Below, in pieces: positions 61,884 to 64,000 of a stretch of DNA of 64,000 bases; within the stretch, counting starts at the first letter, position 1, and every line of letters starts with the position of its first letter. The stretch covers positions 192,001-256,000 of the forward strand of contig CAXXUA010000002.1 of assembly GCA_963663765.2 (NCBI GenBank), read 5' to 3'. This stretch comes from Candidatus Poribacteria bacterium. Lineage in GTDB: Bacteria; Poribacteria; WGA-4E; WGA-3G. The notes under the pieces were generated by a model, which was not told the origin of the DNA, did no database searches, and saw only the letters and a list, made by a program, of their open reading frames with translations. Position numbers and translations under genes: made by a program.

Positions 61884-61922
61884 TCTTACACTTACAAGGA
61901 TAATTAGAAAACAAAGCTGAAT

Positions 61923-62141
61923 ATGATACATATTAACGAAGAACTTTGCGTTTATTGTGGGGCATGCGTTGCAGTCTGTCCCGAAAATATTATTGACTTG
62001 ATAGACACACATCTGAAAATTGACCAACCCAAGTGCATTGACTGTATGAAATGCGTCAAAGGCTGCCCGATTGGTGTTCTTTCTATGGAACGGAACGGAA
62101 AGATTTATTCTTTCGATTATCCCGAGAGAGGACTTTTCTGA
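61923..62141 (+). CDS. 2x[4Fe-4S] dicluster ferredoxin
   Basis: CVYCGACVAVCP and CIDCMKCVKGCP. Confidence 0.92.
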   Translation: MIHINEELCVYCGACVAVCPENIIDLIDTHLKIDQPKCIDCMKCVKGCPIGVLSMERNGKIYSFDYPERGLF

Positions 62142-62168
62142 TAAAGAGTGCTGTAGAGAGAAGTATAG

Positions 62169-63362
62169 ATGCTACATTCAGAGTATGATGTCATTGCTGT
62201 TGGGGCGGGACCAGGTGGTTCTATCGCAGCAAAAGTTGCCGCTGAAAATGGTTTGCGGGTTCTCCTTTTAGAGAAACGGCAAGAAATAGGCGTACCACTC
62301 CGCTGAGCTGAAGGTATTGGCACAGAGGATCTGTGCGAATTTATTCAGCCAGACGCGGCATGGATATCAAATGAGATCCACGGGGCACGTATTTTCTCCC
62401 CTAACGAGACTGCAGTCACAATTCATCAACCAGGCGCAGGTTACGTCTTAGAACGAAAGGTGTTTGATCTCCGTCTTGCGGAGATGGCATCAAACTCGGG
62501 TGCCGAGGTTATGGTAAAGGCACGTGTTACAAATGTCACTTTCTCTGAAGCTGGTGCTGTGAACGGTGTCGTATTCCGACATTCAGGACGCGAATATACG
62601 TGCAAAAGCAAGATAGTTATCGCTGCGGATGGGGTTGAATCGCAAGTTGGACGGTGGGCAGGTATTGATACTACCCACCAACTACGTGATATTGGTGCTT
62701 GTGCCCAGTATCTCATTTCAAACATTGATATTATGCCTGAGTACTGTGATTTTTACTTCGGGCGCGAGGTTGCTCCACTTGGTTATGTTTGGGTTTTTCC
62801 AAAAGGGAAAGACATCGCAAACGTTGGGGTCGGCGTTAGGGCAAATATTTCAGGAAAAGACAGCAAACTTGCTATAGACTACCTAAACGCATTTGTCAAA
62901 CGGAAGTTCCCGGAGGGTAAAGTTTTAGGATTAGTGTGCGGTGCGGTTCCTGTCGGACAAGGTTTGCCGCGGATTGTCGGGGATGGCATTCTGCTTGTTG
63001 GCGACGCAGCACATCACAGCGATCCAGTCTCTGGAGGAGGTATCCCTAACGCAATGTATTCTGGGAAATTTGCAGCGGAAGCAGCGGTCAAGGCTATACA
63101 CATCGGTGATGTCTCACGAGATATTCTCAGCGCATATTCAAAACGTTGGGACCGCGAAATCGGTAAACACTTTAAGCATATCTGTCGCATCCGCGATGGA
63201 GTTTTAAAATTCAATGACGATACACTTGATAGATATGCAGAACTACTTTCTCAGATACATGGTGAACCGTTAACGTTGGCAAAGATCTTCCAAACAGTAC
63301 TTAAAAATCAACCAAGTTTGCTTCTTGAACTCCGACACCTCATTTTAGCTGGATGGGTTTAG
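62169..63362 (+). CDS. Geranylgeranyl reductase family (archaeal DGGR-like) FAD oxidoreductase with in-frame TGA at codon 46, predicted selenocysteine
   Basis: ATG 62169 gives [16 protein letters not shown]...[20 protein letters not shown] in frame with the listed ORF; later [29 protein letters not shown]; 397 aa in total. Confidence 0.88.
62316..62340 (+). promoter_or_regulatory. Putative SECIS hairpin downstream of the GGR UGA
   Basis: att-g-gcacaga-gga-tctgtgc-g-aat; the perfect 7-bp stem starts 13 nt after TGA (62304-62306), G-first loop. Confidence 0.65.
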
Positions 63363-63506
63363 CACCTCTCTTAAAAAGCGTAAAGGTAAACTTACTCTAA
63401 CATCCCCAATTTCTTTATTGGTTTATCAACTTCCAAATTTCCTCTTGACAAAACCTACAATACATGGAATTATAATAACTATATCATTCATATAGATTAT
63501 TTTACC

Positions 63507-64000
63507 ATGCAAATTCCAAACTACTATCAAATCTTAGAGATCAGTCGTGATGCGACTACGACCGAAATAAAAAGTTCATTCAGAAAACTGGCAAAACGAT
63601 ACCATCCCGATAAACAAAACCTCAACAATAACGCAGATGTTGTAGCAAAAGCAAAACAGATGTTCGGTAAGGTTTGCAATGCTTATGATGTGCTACATGA
63701 CGAAAAACGCAAAGCTGACTATGACCGTAAACTACAGAACCTTGAACGTCAGCAGCAATCATACAGCTCATATTTTGACAGACTCAATAAACTGAATCAA
63801 GATTATGCAAAAATAGAATTACTATTCCAAGCACTCTTACATCAGAACTACGAAACAGGTATCTCGTTATATGAGCAACTATGTAATAGACGTGCGCAAA
63901 ACGGGAAAAAATGGTGTATAGATGATTTTTTCAATTACGAAGATAGCAGAGATTGCGAATTTCTTATTGCAGAAGCATACCAATATCTCGCTTTTACAAA
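63507..64000 (+). CDS. DnaJ-domain protein (partial, runs off the window)
   Basis: MQIPNYYQILEISRDATTTEIKSSFRKLAKRYHPDK...AYDVLHDEKRKADYD; HPD motif; absent from the ORF track because there is no stop in the window. Confidence 0.88.
   Translation, partial: MQIPNYYQILEISRDATTTEIKSSFRKLAKRYHPDKQNLNNNADVVAKAKQMFGKVCNAYDVLHDEKRKADYDRKLQNLERQQQSYSSYFDRLNKLNQDYAKIELLFQALLHQNYETGISLYEQLCNRRAQNGKKWCIDDFFNYEDSRDCEFLIAEAYQYLAFT

Noticed and set aside
62169-62306. GGR as a nonsense pseudogene, or genome-wide UGA reassignment
   Set aside because: The only lesion is a TGA exactly on the conserved Cys with a downstream hairpin; TGA serves as a normal stop elsewhere (e.g. pstA at 1995, Gfo/Idh/MocA at 54278) and Trp is encoded by TGG. 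A pseudogene is not fully excluded
1408-63214. Numerous short antisense or alternate-frame ORFs in the track (e.g. 2224..2601, 16152..16682, 22825..23262, 57746..58195)
   Set aside because: They overlap well-supported genes and show no recognisable motifs; shadow ORFs
63445-63476. TTGACA...TATAAT promoter upstream of the DnaJ-domain gene
   Set aside because: The spacer is 20 bp, too long for a confident sigma70 call
1-64000. tRNA (including tRNA-Sec), rRNA, autonomous transposase or prophage genes
   Set aside because: None recognised by eye; a tRNAscan-SE/Infernal run would be needed to exclude small RNAs

Overview
AT-rich bacterial chromosomal segment. The ECF-sigma/beta-propeller fusion, the PhyH, Gfo/Idh/MocA and heparinase-like genes and the dense palindromic intergenic repeats resemble Candidatus Poribacteria (inference only). 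Contents: a pst phosphate operon interrupted by two K+-channel genes, a secreted metallophosphatase, a nucleoside/sugar ABC transporter, bamA/tamB-like genes, tlyA-dxs-xseB-xseA, ymdB, pyrE, selD, an ECF-sigma fusion and its sigma-less paralog, queE, cca, scpAB, thrC, xylA, cstA, era, a double-length uvrA, a ferredoxin plus geranylgeranyl-reductase (GGR) pair, and a partial DnaJ-domain gene. Main finding: the ORF track truncates two genes at in-frame TGA codons. One is a selenocysteine-type SelD (CAG-U-ASK). The other is an archaeal-type GGR/DGGR flavoprotein in which the conserved active-site Cys of the 'P-x-R-C-x-E-G' motif is TGA, followed by a SECIS-like hairpin. This is a candidate new selenoprotein, apparently co-transcribed with a 2x[4Fe-4S] ferredoxin. 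The intergenic regions hold several families of nested non-autonomous elements with readable target-site duplications, including a 143-bp element that inserts into REP hairpins and duplicates them. All product calls come from motif recognition; no database searches were run.
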